64,000 nt of DNA, taken from NCBI GenBank assembly GCA_965231105.1, contig OZ246417.1, positions 320,908 to 384,907 of the forward strand. The letters are read 5' to 3'. Under the pieces are notes generated by a model, which was not told where the DNA came from, made no database searches, and saw only the letters and a list, made by a program, of their open reading frames with translations. Shown piece after piece: positions 46,737-55,499 of the stretch (the stretch's first letter is position 1; every line of letters starts with the position of its first letter). This DNA comes from an uncultured Candidatus Saccharibacteria bacterium. GTDB lineage: Bacteria > Patescibacteriota > Saccharimonadia > Saccharimonadales > JACDBH01. Both the position numbers and the translations under genes were made by a program.

Positions 46737-47123
46737 TCACACAGACCAATTCTCTTCAATCTGATGAATTCGCTTATGATCAAGACCATAGAAATGGGCA
46801 ACCTCATGCCACAGAGTATGTTTTACCTGTGCTTTTAGCCCTTCCGCATCAGATGAACTACGTAAAATAGGTATTTTGAAGATAGTAATCCGATCAGGAA
46901 TAACAAACTGATAGTTTGCCGTGCGTTTTGTAAGCGGGATGCCTTCATAGAGACCAAATAAGGTTTGATGTGGATGAAGATTCTGTTTTCTTCGCTGCTC
47001 TTCGGTTGGCTCATCTTCGTAGGTAATAAGTACGTTATTGAGACCTTTTACATACTCTTCGGGTAGCTCATCCAGACATTCGGCTATAAGCTTTGAAAAA
47101 TCGTCGTCAGAAATGTCGGTCAT
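46737..47123 (-). CDS. Zincin-like metallopeptidase family protein (PF06262-like)
   Basis: 128 aa with a C-terminal HEVAHFYG zinc motif. Confidence 0.65.
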   Translation of the reverse strand: MTDISDDDFSKLIAECLDELPEEYVKGLNNVLITYEDEPTEEQRRKQNLHPHQTLFGLYEGIPLTKRTANYQFVIPDRITIFKIPILRSSSDAEGLKAQVKHTLWHEVAHFYGLDHKRIHQIEENWSV

Positions 47124-47166
47124 ACGTACTATTGTAAAGAATGCAAAGTCAGCCCACTAGTATCTC

Positions 47167-47451
47167 TCACTTATTCTTGATTCTGATCGCCCTTCCTTCT
47201 GCATACCACTTTGTGTCATCCCAAAGAGATAAAATAGTCCTTTTTTGTCCGTATTTATAGCAAATGATAGCGTCCGCTTTTTTTAGCTTTGCTATTCTAA
47301 CAAGTTTCTTTTTTAATTCACTTAAATTGGAGTTCATGCGCAGACTTTTAACTTGAATGATGCCGATATTTTCATAAGATTCACTTATTTCATCTTCGGT
47401 TACAAAAATTCCCTCAACCATGGTGCCTTGATACTTTTCATCAAGCCGCAT
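47167..47451 (-). CDS. Hypothetical small protein
   Basis: Start set at MRLDEKY (47451), 9 nt after AGGAG. Overlaps the DUF4177 gene end by 11 nt. The longer track ORF (to 47577) lies in another frame over the DUF4177 gene. Confidence 0.45.
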   Translation of the reverse strand: MRLDEKYQGTMVEGIFVTEDEISESYENIGIIQVKSLRMNSNLSELKKKLVRIAKLKKADAIICYKYGQKRTILSLWDDTKWYAEGRAIRIKNK

Positions 47452-47641
47452 TTTTTCTTCTCCTACCCAGAACAATGATAAGCTCATTACGTCTTCCGCC
47501 GAACCCGGGAAAATCTGCTGTGACAGCAGATATAACCGCCCAACCTTCCTCGGCATATGCATTAATTGCCTGTTCAAGTCTTTCGGGGTTAAATTTATTT
47601 CCCAAAAATCTATCTTTCTGCGTTAAAACTTTGTATTCCAT
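47441..47641 (-). CDS. DUF4177 domain protein
   Basis: MEYKVLTQKDRFLGNKFNPERLEQAINAYAEEGWAVISAV is a DUF4177-like pattern. SD GGAGG. Confidence 0.6.
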   Translation of the reverse strand: MEYKVLTQKDRFLGNKFNPERLEQAINAYAEEGWAVISAVTADFPGFGGRRNELIIVLGRRRKNAA

Positions 47642-47705
47642 AAAAACCTCCAGTTATTTACTACGTAGAATACCGTGACTTTATGAAAAAGTAATTAAAT
47701 CTTAT

Positions 47706-49547
47706 TTATTTTGCTGCCCGCTTGCGCAAATTCGGATTAAGCTCTTTTTTACGGAGTCGAAGACTCTTCGGTGTTATTTCTAATAACTCATCGTTCTCGA
47801 TGAAATCAAGACATTGTTCAAGACTCATGATGGTGGGTGGTGTAAGCTGTACGGCTCCATCAGATGATTTAGAACGCATGTTTGTGAGCTGTTTTGCCTT
47901 ACAGACATTAATTTCCATGTCTTCTTGGCGGGTATTAAGGCCGATAATCTGCCCGGCATAGACTTTTTCGGCAGGGTTAATGAAGCAGATGCCTCTCTCT
48001 TCCACATTCTGCAACGCATACGGTGTGCTTGTTCCCGTTTCGAATGCAATCAAGGCACCATTACGAAGTTGTTGCAAAGGCGCACCCATTTCCTGATAAC
48101 CAAGTGGCAATGTGTTCATGATGATTGTGCCTTTGGTATTGGTCATAAGAATGTTACGCATACCAAGCAGAGTCCGTGTCGGCATTTCATATACCAACTT
48201 CGTGACACCTTTATTGCTACTAAATTGTTCTTTTAAGTTAGCGCGACGAGCACCAAGTTCCATTTGTACCGCACCGACATGTTCGGCAGGAATTTCAATA
48301 ATAACCTCTTCGACTGGCTCCATGGTTTTACCATTCTCTTCGTGGGTTACTACCTGTGGGCGTCCTACCTCAAACTCATACCCCTCGCGGCGCATAGCTT
48401 CGATCATAACGCTTAAATGCAGTTCACCTCTTCCAGAGACTGTGAAGCCGATACCATCTTCTTCCACCCGAAGGCCAACATTTGTTTCAAGCTCCTTCAT
48501 GAGGCGCTCTTTGATCTGACGAGAGGTGTTAAATTCCCCTTCAAGACCCTTAAAAGGACTCGTGTTGGGACCTAGGTAAATGCGAAGCGTTGGCGCTTCT
48601 ACTTCAAGGACAGGTAAAGCCTCAGGCTGTTCAGCATCTGCAATTGTCTCGCCTATTTGCACATCAGCAATACCGGTAAGCTGTACGATATCGCCTGCAA
48701 CACCGCCATCAACTTCAAAGCGACTGACGCCATGACTCATGAAGACGTTATCAACACGCGCTTTTGTGAGTGTGCCATCCTTTTTACATACCGTAACGGA
48801 ATCACCAGCTTTTACTTGTCCACGAGTAATGCGGCCAACGGCATACTTTCCCTTGAAGTTATCCCAGGCCAACGCATTAATAAGCATCTGGAATGGCTTT
48901 TCTGCCTCAACGACCGGAGCGGGAATCTCGTTAATGATCGCATCAAAGAGAGGCTCAAGATCTCCGGGCGCCTCAGTATCTGCAGGTACTTCTTTCCATG
49001 CTTTACCATTTCGCCCGATGGCATAATAAATAGGATAGTGAAGCTGATCTTCATGAATAGCGAGTTCTAAGAACAAATCAGCGAGCTCATCTTCTACTTC
49101 ACCTAAACGACGACCATCTTTATCAATTTTATTAATGACGATAATTGGTTTGAGATTATTGGCCAGTGCCTTACTCAAAACAAACTTTGTTTGTGGCATA
49201 GGACCTTCTTGAGCATCGACAATAAGCAAACAGCCATCGGCCATATTTAGCGTACGTTCTACTTCTCCACTAAAGTCTGCATGCCCTGGCGTATCGATAA
49301 TATTAATTCGATAATCACCGTGCTGCACAGCGGTAATTTTAGCGGTAATAGTTATACCGCGTTCACGCTCCTGATCACCGCTGTCCATAATGAGCTCTTG
49401 GCTCATCTCGGCCTGGTTATCTCGGAATGTTTTGGACTGTTTTAAGAGCCCATCGACAAGGGTAGTTTTACCGTGGTCAACATGAGCAATGATAGCTATA
49501 TTCCGAATTTTATTCGGATCCTGAATGCGCTCTGGCATGTTTGTCAA
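47706..49547 (-). CDS. typA: Translational GTPase TypA/BipA
   Basis: NIAIIAHVDHGKTTLVD, DTPGHADF, NKID. 613 aa. Confidence 0.95.
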   Translation of the reverse strand: MTNMPERIQDPNKIRNIAIIAHVDHGKTTLVDGLLKQSKTFRDNQAEMSQELIMDSGDQERERGITITAKITAVQHGDYRINIIDTPGHADFSGEVERTLNMADGCLLIVDAQEGPMPQTKFVLSKALANNLKPIIVINKIDKDGRRLGEVEDELADLFLELAIHEDQLHYPIYYAIGRNGKAWKEVPADTEAPGDLEPLFDAIINEIPAPVVEAEKPFQMLINALAWDNFKGKYAVGRITRGQVKAGDSVTVCKKDGTLTKARVDNVFMSHGVSRFEVDGGVAGDIVQLTGIADVQIGETIADAEQPEALPVLEVEAPTLRIYLGPNTSPFKGLEGEFNTSRQIKERLMKELETNVGLRVEEDGIGFTVSGRGELHLSVMIEAMRREGYEFEVGRPQVVTHEENGKTMEPVEEVIIEIPAEHVGAVQMELGARRANLKEQFSSNKGVTKLVYEMPTRTLLGMRNILMTNTKGTIIMNTLPLGYQEMGAPLQQLRNGALIAFETGTSTPYALQNVEERGICFINPAEKVYAGQIIGLNTRQEDMEINVCKAKQLTNMRSKSSDGAVQLTPPTIMSLEQCLDFIENDELLEITPKSLRLRKKELNPNLRKRAAK

Positions 49548-49697
49548 ACACCCTTTCTTATGGCTAAACTTGATTATTTAGAGTAATTATATCATAAGTA
49601 CTTTAAATCGCTAAGCGCTTTATGGCATAAGTTGACATTCGCTTTATTGACACAAATAATGGAAACGAAGGAATAATTTTCTGGAGGGTAAAAACGC

Positions 49698-50489
49698 ATG
49701 AAGTTACACTTTAAAGATAATCAACGAGGTATCACTACAGTACTTATTGTGGTCATCGCATTAGTAATTGCTGGAGGTGCTGGCTTTTTTGTGTGGAATA
49801 GCCAAAAGGATAAAGACAGTTCGAACACAAACCAGGCCATAAGCGACCGCGCAACTGAAGAAGCGTGTAATAAAGTGGTCGATGATAAAGACTTTTGTAA
49901 ATTTGCTAGCAACTGGGCCGGGCTTACGAATTACACGACCACCATTACAAACACAACCGCCGAAGGCACCAGTGTCTTAACTGTTGAAACGGAAAGTACA
50001 GGCAAAAACCGCGTTGTTACCACTCAAGATGGCAAGGAAGTAGCAGCATACATCACTATCGGTACTAGCTCCTACGTAAAAGATCTAAGTGATGGCGGCT
50101 GGGTAAAATATACAAGTGACGCCCCAAATGCTGATGTAAGTGACGTAAAAGACGAAATCAATGTCAATTTTAGTGAAGAAGATAAGATCGAGTATAAGAA
50201 TGTAGGCAAAGAAAAGTGCGGCGATCTTGACTGCTTCAAATACCAAATTATTGATCCCGATACTCCCATCATGGAGCAGTTCGTATGGTTCGATACGAAG
50301 GACTACCTCCTCCGTCGCTTTACATCCAAAGAAGGCGCAAATCTCACAGACATGAGTATAAGGTACGGGAATGTTACCATTACTGAACCCTCCCCTATTA
50401 AGGGAACTCCGGCACCAACATCTATTGATCCAGAGTTACAGCGCCAAATTGAAGAAGCCATACAGGCATCCCAAGCAAACGAAGAGTAA
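49698..50489 (+). CDS. Membrane-anchored extracytoplasmic protein (hypothetical)
   Basis: 263 aa with an N-terminal TM helix. SD GGAGGG. Confidence 0.5.
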   Translation: MKLHFKDNQRGITTVLIVVIALVIAGGAGFFVWNSQKDKDSSNTNQAISDRATEEACNKVVDDKDFCKFASNWAGLTNYTTTITNTTAEGTSVLTVETESTGKNRVVTTQDGKEVAAYITIGTSSYVKDLSDGGWVKYTSDAPNADVSDVKDEINVNFSEEDKIEYKNVGKEKCGDLDCFKYQIIDPDTPIMEQFVWFDTKDYLLRRFTSKEGANLTDMSIRYGNVTITEPSPIKGTPAPTSIDPELQRQIEEAIQASQANEE

Positions 50490-50534
50490 GCCACCTTACA
50501 CGGTCTTAGCCTCACTGTCCGCTATACTAGTGCT

Positions 50535-51716
50535 ATGGTGTATATTCCGTTGGCCGAGAAAATGCGTCCAAAGTCACTCGATGAGGTAGTCGGGCAGGCA
50601 CATGTACTCGGAGAAGGTAAATTACTCCGTCAGCTCGTGCAAAGTGGAAAACCTTTTTCTTTGATCTTCTGGGGTCCACCGGGCAGCGGTAAGACAACCC
50701 TAGCCCGAATCATTGCTAATGAGATGCAGGCAGATTTTATAGAACTGAGTGCCGTTTCTGCCGGCAAAGCCGATGTAGCCCGAGTTGTAAAGCAAGCCGA
50801 AGAAAATCAGCGTTTGCAACTTCGAACCGTACTATTTGTCGACGAGATCCATCGCTTTAATAAAGCTCAACAAGATGCCTTTTTGCCGCATGTTGAAAGC
50901 GGTCTGCTTACCCTTATTGGCGCCACGACCGAAAACCCTAGTTTTGAAGTTATCACCCCACTCTTAAGTCGGAGTCGTGTTATTGTTCTTGAACCACTAA
51001 ACAAACAAGAGGTTCTTTTACTTTTAAAACGAGCAGCCAAAGCCGAAGGTCATAAAGCTCGCCAGTTGCCACCGAAAAGTCTGGATTTGCTAGCTGAATT
51101 ATCGGGTGGAGATGCTCGGGTGGCTTTAGGTACACTTGAGCTCGCTTTAAGCCTCAGTGGTAAAAAGCCACTCACGCCAGAAATCGTGCAGCAAGCAGCA
51201 CAGCGACGACTTCCTGGATATGATAAGGCCGGCGAGATGCACTACAACATTATTAGTGCTTTCATTAAATCAATGCGCGGTAGTGATCCGAACGCAACGC
51301 TCTATTACCTTGCGCGCATGCTCGATGCAGGTGAGGATCCTAAATTTATTGCGCGACGGATGGTTATCTTTGCCAGCGAAGATGTAGGGCTTGCTGCTCC
51401 CGCTGCTTTAAATTTGGCTGTTTCTACTTTCTTAGCAGTTGAGCGTATTGGTATGCCTGAATGCCAATACAGTCTCTTTCATTGTGCCACCGTGTTAGCC
51501 CGCTGCGAAAAATCGCGGGTTGTGACAGATGCCATGACCAAAGCCTTGCAAGCTGCACGTGAGCATCCCCATGCCGCCGTTCCCCTCACCCTTCGCAATG
51601 CACCAACTAAGCTCATGAAAGAACTTGGCTATAACAAGAACTATAAATGGCAGGCTAATTTTAAGGCTGAGGGCGGATTCTTGCCGGATGAGCTAAAAGA
51701 TTTGCATCTCTTTTAA
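50535..51716 (+). CDS. rarA: Replication-associated recombination protein A (AAA+ ATPase)
   Basis: [17 protein letters not shown], Walker [12 protein letters not shown], MgsA C-terminal domain. Confidence 0.92.
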   Translation: MVYIPLAEKMRPKSLDEVVGQAHVLGEGKLLRQLVQSGKPFSLIFWGPPGSGKTTLARIIANEMQADFIELSAVSAGKADVARVVKQAEENQRLQLRTVLFVDEIHRFNKAQQDAFLPHVESGLLTLIGATTENPSFEVITPLLSRSRVIVLEPLNKQEVLLLLKRAAKAEGHKARQLPPKSLDLLAELSGGDARVALGTLELALSLSGKKPLTPEIVQQAAQRRLPGYDKAGEMHYNIISAFIKSMRGSDPNATLYYLARMLDAGEDPKFIARRMVIFASEDVGLAAPAALNLAVSTFLAVERIGMPECQYSLFHCATVLARCEKSRVVTDAMTKALQAAREHPHAAVPLTLRNAPTKLMKELGYNKNYKWQANFKAEGGFLPDELKDLHLF

Positions 51717-53326
51717 TGATCGAGGCGCATAATTATTCCTTCGTGGGAGCGCAGGTGAATAGTTTGGGGACTCGAGACCGGAATATCCATATAGGTAGAG
51801 AGAAGAACGTTGCCGCTTAATTCTTCTTTTTGTATGTCCTTAGACTCATCACTGAAATTCAGTAGCACAAGCATGCTTTCTTCTGCATACCTGCGTATGT
51901 AGCCATAGACACCTTGAGGTGTATTTATCGAACGGTATGAGCCGTGTTTTAATGCAGAAGTTTTTTGCCTTAGTGAAATAAGTGCCCTATAGAGATTAAA
52001 CATTGACGTTGGGTGTGTAGCCTCACGCTCGAGGTTATGCTCAGTATGATCACTGCCTAGCGGTAGCCACGGTGTGGCACTGCTGAAACCCGCATGTTCA
52101 CTCACGTCCCACTGAAATGGTGTACGCTCAGGGTCACGAGTTTTGCCGGGAACTCGTTTGCCAAAAGGATCTTGCGATAACTCTGGAGGTACATCCACTC
52201 CACCCATGCCTAGCTCATCACCATAATAAATAACTGGAAGACCAGGCAATGTTAGCTGCATCATAATTGCCATTCTGGCTTGTTCTCTCCCAATGCGCCG
52301 ACTCAGCCTCGTGACGTCATGATTACCCATGCAGTAGACGGGTACATAATCGGGGTGCATGCGTGCTTGAAAGTCATCTATGAAATCACGAAATACATCA
52401 GCTTTCCATGGCAAGTGAAGACCTTCAAAATTAAATGGTGCACATACCGACGGATCGATGTGGCGATACAGTCTTAAATACGACTCATCCATATCAAATA
52501 GTTCCGGCGAGGCTTCAACGATCATAAACTTTTCGGGATAGCCTTTTAGGGTGCGGGCAATTTCGTTTAAGTGAGCATACAACCGCTTACTTTCTCGACT
52601 ATGCCGGTGAAGCAGTGCATTATACGGATCATCCTTTCCTTCTTCGTAGTGGGGATTTACAGGATCATTACGAAAAGTCGGGTCTTTAGACATCCAGTAC
52701 ACTGCGTCAAGCCGGAAACCGTCTACACCCAGATCCAGCCAAAACTTAAGCGCCTGCCTCATCGCCTCCCGGAGTCCAGCATTGTCCCAGTTAACATCGG
52801 GTTGCTCCTTCAGAAAACTGTGCAAATAGTATTGCCGTGTCGCCTCGTCATACTCCCAAGCAGACCCACCAAATACACTCAGCCAGTTATTGGGCGGCCC
52901 TCCATCTGGGCTTGGATCACGCCATACATACCAGTCCCGCCTCGGATTATCTCGTGAGCTTTTTGATTCCGTAAACCAGGGATGCTCATGAGAGGTATGG
53001 TTAGGAATAAAATCCGTTAAGACTTTTATACCGCGAAGGTGTGCTTTTTCAACAAGTTCTTTAAAATCATCGAGCGTGCCGAACAGCGGATCAATATCTG
53101 TATAATCCATTACGTCGTAGCCAAAGTCTGCCATTGGCGAGGGGTACATGGGCGATAACCACAGTGCATCTATACCGAGCGATTTTTCCTCACCTCGCAA
53201 ATATGGAAGTTTTTGAATGATGCCTCGAATATCTCCGACACCATCCCCATCCGAATCATAAAAACTACGGGGATAAATTTGATAGAGAACGGTGTTACGA
53301 AACCAGGAACCCGCATTAGGTTGCAT
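51713..53326 (-). CDS. GH13 alpha-glucosidase / oligo-1,6-glucosidase-like enzyme
   Basis: WFRNTVLYQIYPRSFYDSDGDGVGDIRGI, DFIPNHTS, GVDGFRLDAV, MIVEA, GNHD conserved regions I-IV of GH13. Confidence 0.88.
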   Translation of the reverse strand: MQPNAGSWFRNTVLYQIYPRSFYDSDGDGVGDIRGIIQKLPYLRGEEKSLGIDALWLSPMYPSPMADFGYDVMDYTDIDPLFGTLDDFKELVEKAHLRGIKVLTDFIPNHTSHEHPWFTESKSSRDNPRRDWYVWRDPSPDGGPPNNWLSVFGGSAWEYDEATRQYYLHSFLKEQPDVNWDNAGLREAMRQALKFWLDLGVDGFRLDAVYWMSKDPTFRNDPVNPHYEEGKDDPYNALLHRHSRESKRLYAHLNEIARTLKGYPEKFMIVEASPELFDMDESYLRLYRHIDPSVCAPFNFEGLHLPWKADVFRDFIDDFQARMHPDYVPVYCMGNHDVTRLSRRIGREQARMAIMMQLTLPGLPVIYYGDELGMGGVDVPPELSQDPFGKRVPGKTRDPERTPFQWDVSEHAGFSSATPWLPLGSDHTEHNLEREATHPTSMFNLYRALISLRQKTSALKHGSYRSINTPQGVYGYIRRYAEESMLVLLNFSDESKDIQKEELSGNVLLSTYMDIPVSSPQTIHLRSHEGIIMRLDH

Positions 53327-53350
53327 GCGAGTATCATAGCAGCTTAAGCG

Positions 53351-54469
53351 TTATTGAGACAGGTTCTGCCGTCGCCTCAAGCGCCGTCTGTTTTTACGCA
53401 CAACCTCTTGAAATACTTTTTCATATCCATCTACCATCTTTTCGATTGAAAACTTCTGAATTACTCGTCTTCGGCATTCAAGCGGATCAATCTCACTGAC
53501 ATGCTGGATACTCTCGACCATCTCGTCTACTGTCTTACACACAAATCCCGTTCGCTTATGCGCTACCACTTCTTTTGCAGCCCCTCTTTTAAGGGCAATC
53601 ACCGGCGTACCACAGGCCATTGCTTCAATCATATTCATACCAAAAGGTTCTTCCCATTGGATCGGCATAAGGAGTGCTTTAGCCTTCTGGTAATAAGGTA
53701 GCAGTTCCTCCCGCTTTATATACCCAATATACCGCCGTCTCGTATTAAGAAGCGGCTTTATGTGTTCATTGAAGTACCTCCGTCCGTCCGGAAAAATAGG
53801 TCCTGCAATTAATAACTTATGCCGGCTACGTTTTGCAATTTCTAGTGCTTCTTTCACGCCTTTTTCCGGTACCAACCGGCCCACAAACAAAAGATAATCG
53901 TCCTTCTTGCCGTTTGGTACGAAAAGATTAGTATCGACCCCATTATAAACGGTTGCTGCATACCTGAGGTCTTTGCGCGGTTTGCGCTGACTATTGGAAA
54001 TTGAAATAAAATGATGATTCTTGGCTCTATACATGGTAAAGAGCTCACTGTACCAAGGATGCAGCGGGTCATGCAGTGTACTCACTACCGGCACATCAGG
54101 ATAGAGCGAGGCAAGCGGCATAGCTATTTCTGGATGATGAAAATGAAGAAGATCGTACTTACCTTTCCGGGCATCCTCAAACATTTGTCGGGCAACGTAT
54201 AAATCCCAGAGCGCTGGGACGTAATGCATATGTTCATCAATATTATTTAAAAATGCCACCCATTCTTTTTGGGTGCGCACTAAAGGTCTTATATGTGTAC
54301 GCCTTATCCGCACAGGAGACGCACCATCATCAGGAGCAAAAAGGTCTACATCATGATCACGCTTTAATAAGCCTTCACAAATAGACAACGCTAAATCCAA
54401 AGGCGCATACACAATGTCCACCGGTCTGGGAACCGGAAGATACGCACGCACTAACGTGGCGACTCTCAT
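53351..54469 (-). CDS. GT4 family (GT-B) glycosyltransferase
   Basis: 372 aa. EPFGMNMIEAMACGTPVI (E-x7-E region). SD GGAGG. Confidence 0.85.
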   Translation of the reverse strand: MRVATLVRAYLPVPRPVDIVYAPLDLALSICEGLLKRDHDVDLFAPDDGASPVRIRRTHIRPLVRTQKEWVAFLNNIDEHMHYVPALWDLYVARQMFEDARKGKYDLLHFHHPEIAMPLASLYPDVPVVSTLHDPLHPWYSELFTMYRAKNHHFISISNSQRKPRKDLRYAATVYNGVDTNLFVPNGKKDDYLLFVGRLVPEKGVKEALEIAKRSRHKLLIAGPIFPDGRRYFNEHIKPLLNTRRRYIGYIKREELLPYYQKAKALLMPIQWEEPFGMNMIEAMACGTPVIALKRGAAKEVVAHKRTGFVCKTVDEMVESIQHVSEIDPLECRRRVIQKFSIEKMVDGYEKVFQEVVRKNRRRLRRRQNLSQ

Positions 54470-54536
54470 AAACCTCCGAGATACCTACCATAAAACAGTA
54501 TAGACCCCGGATAAGGGTAAAGGAAGTTGGAAGTTT

Positions 54537-55484
54537 CTAAGGACGTAATGTGGGGTCTTGGTAGTTTCCAGGATACACGGGTGGATTCTGAGGAGGTGGG
54601 ACAGGATTCGATGGGGTTGGGCTTATGATCGTTTGCTCCTGTGGGGGCTGATTGTAGAAAGTGGGCGTAGGACCCATTGCGGGAGGTGTATTCTTTTTGC
54701 GCCATAAAGCGTAAAGAGCCCCCGCGCCAGCAAGCAGTAAGACCACTGAGGCCACCACCGCTATAAACACTGGCATGCTTAATCCAAGAATTTTATTTTT
54801 AGCCTCTGTGCTTGCGTCTGTAGCAATTTCGGGGTTATTGGTTTCGGTTGGAATATCCGTTGTTTCAGTCGCCGCTTCCTCAGGAGTAGTGGGTGGGGTT
54901 TCAGTAGTTGAAGGCGTAGAAGTCGATCCTGAAGGCTTGCTCGTCTTTGGTGTGGTCGAACCTGAAGAGCCCCCACCTGAAGGAGCGGGTGCAGGAGCTG
55001 GCTGTAAAGTAAAACTTGTTCCAGACACGCCGGTTATAACATCGGGTCCGCTACTGCCCATTTCTGATTGACTGCGGTCGATACCAACACTTGCTGTACC
55101 GCTTGAAGCAAGAGCTCTAAAGGTTATCGTTGCGATCGTATAGACTCCAGGAGCAACTTCTCCGGTTTTATAGAGCTGAATACGATAGTAGCCTGAGCCA
55201 CCCGCATGATCTGGTCCTTGTTCGGTTAAAGGCGAACCAGCAGTACTGACCCCGCTCACTTGGAGCTGCGAAGCGTTGAATGTTACGTATGCCTGTGCTG
55301 CTGCAACAGGAGTATCGGTATCAATTCGTACCGCTACCTGGATGGATGCCCCATCTTGTACAGAAGAGGCTGATGCATGAAGACTAATAGTATTACCGGC
55401 TGCATGAGCTGTTGATGACAGTCCAAGAACTGCCACCAAAAGCCCGACAATAATGTGTGCCCAAATTTTTCGTACTCGATGCAT
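54537..55484 (-). CDS. Cohesin-like module protein B: signal peptide + cohesin-like domain + S/T/P stalk + TM anchor + Pro-rich cytoplasmic tail
   Basis: 315 aa. Signal peptide ...STAHA-AGN, beta-rich module aa 29-161, TM helix aa ~235-261. Paralog of 58438-59070. 15 nt after the stop of the dockerin protein. Confidence 0.6.
   Translation of the reverse strand: MHRVRKIWAHIIVGLLVAVLGLSSTAHAAGNTISLHASASSVQDGASIQVAVRIDTDTPVAAAQAYVTFNASQLQVSGVSTAGSPLTEQGPDHAGGSGYYRIQLYKTGEVAPGVYTIATITFRALASSGTASVGIDRSQSEMGSSGPDVITGVSGTSFTLQPAPAPAPSGGGSSGSTTPKTSKPSGSTSTPSTTETPPTTPEEAATETTDIPTETNNPEIATDASTEAKNKILGLSMPVFIAVVASVVLLLAGAGALYALWRKKNTPPAMGPTPTFYNQPPQEQTIISPTPSNPVPPPQNPPVYPGNYQDPTLRP
55002..55400 (-). 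other. Cohesin-like module (copy B)
   Basis: NTISLHASASSVQDGASIQVAVRIDTDTPVAAAQAYVTFNASQLQV...GYYRIQLYK...ITFRALASSGTASVGIDRSQSEMGSSGPDVIT...FTLQP. The strand pattern resembles the type I cohesin beta-sandwich. Judged by eye, with no HMM run. Confidence 0.5.
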
Positions 55485-55499
55485 GTTTACCCTACCTTT

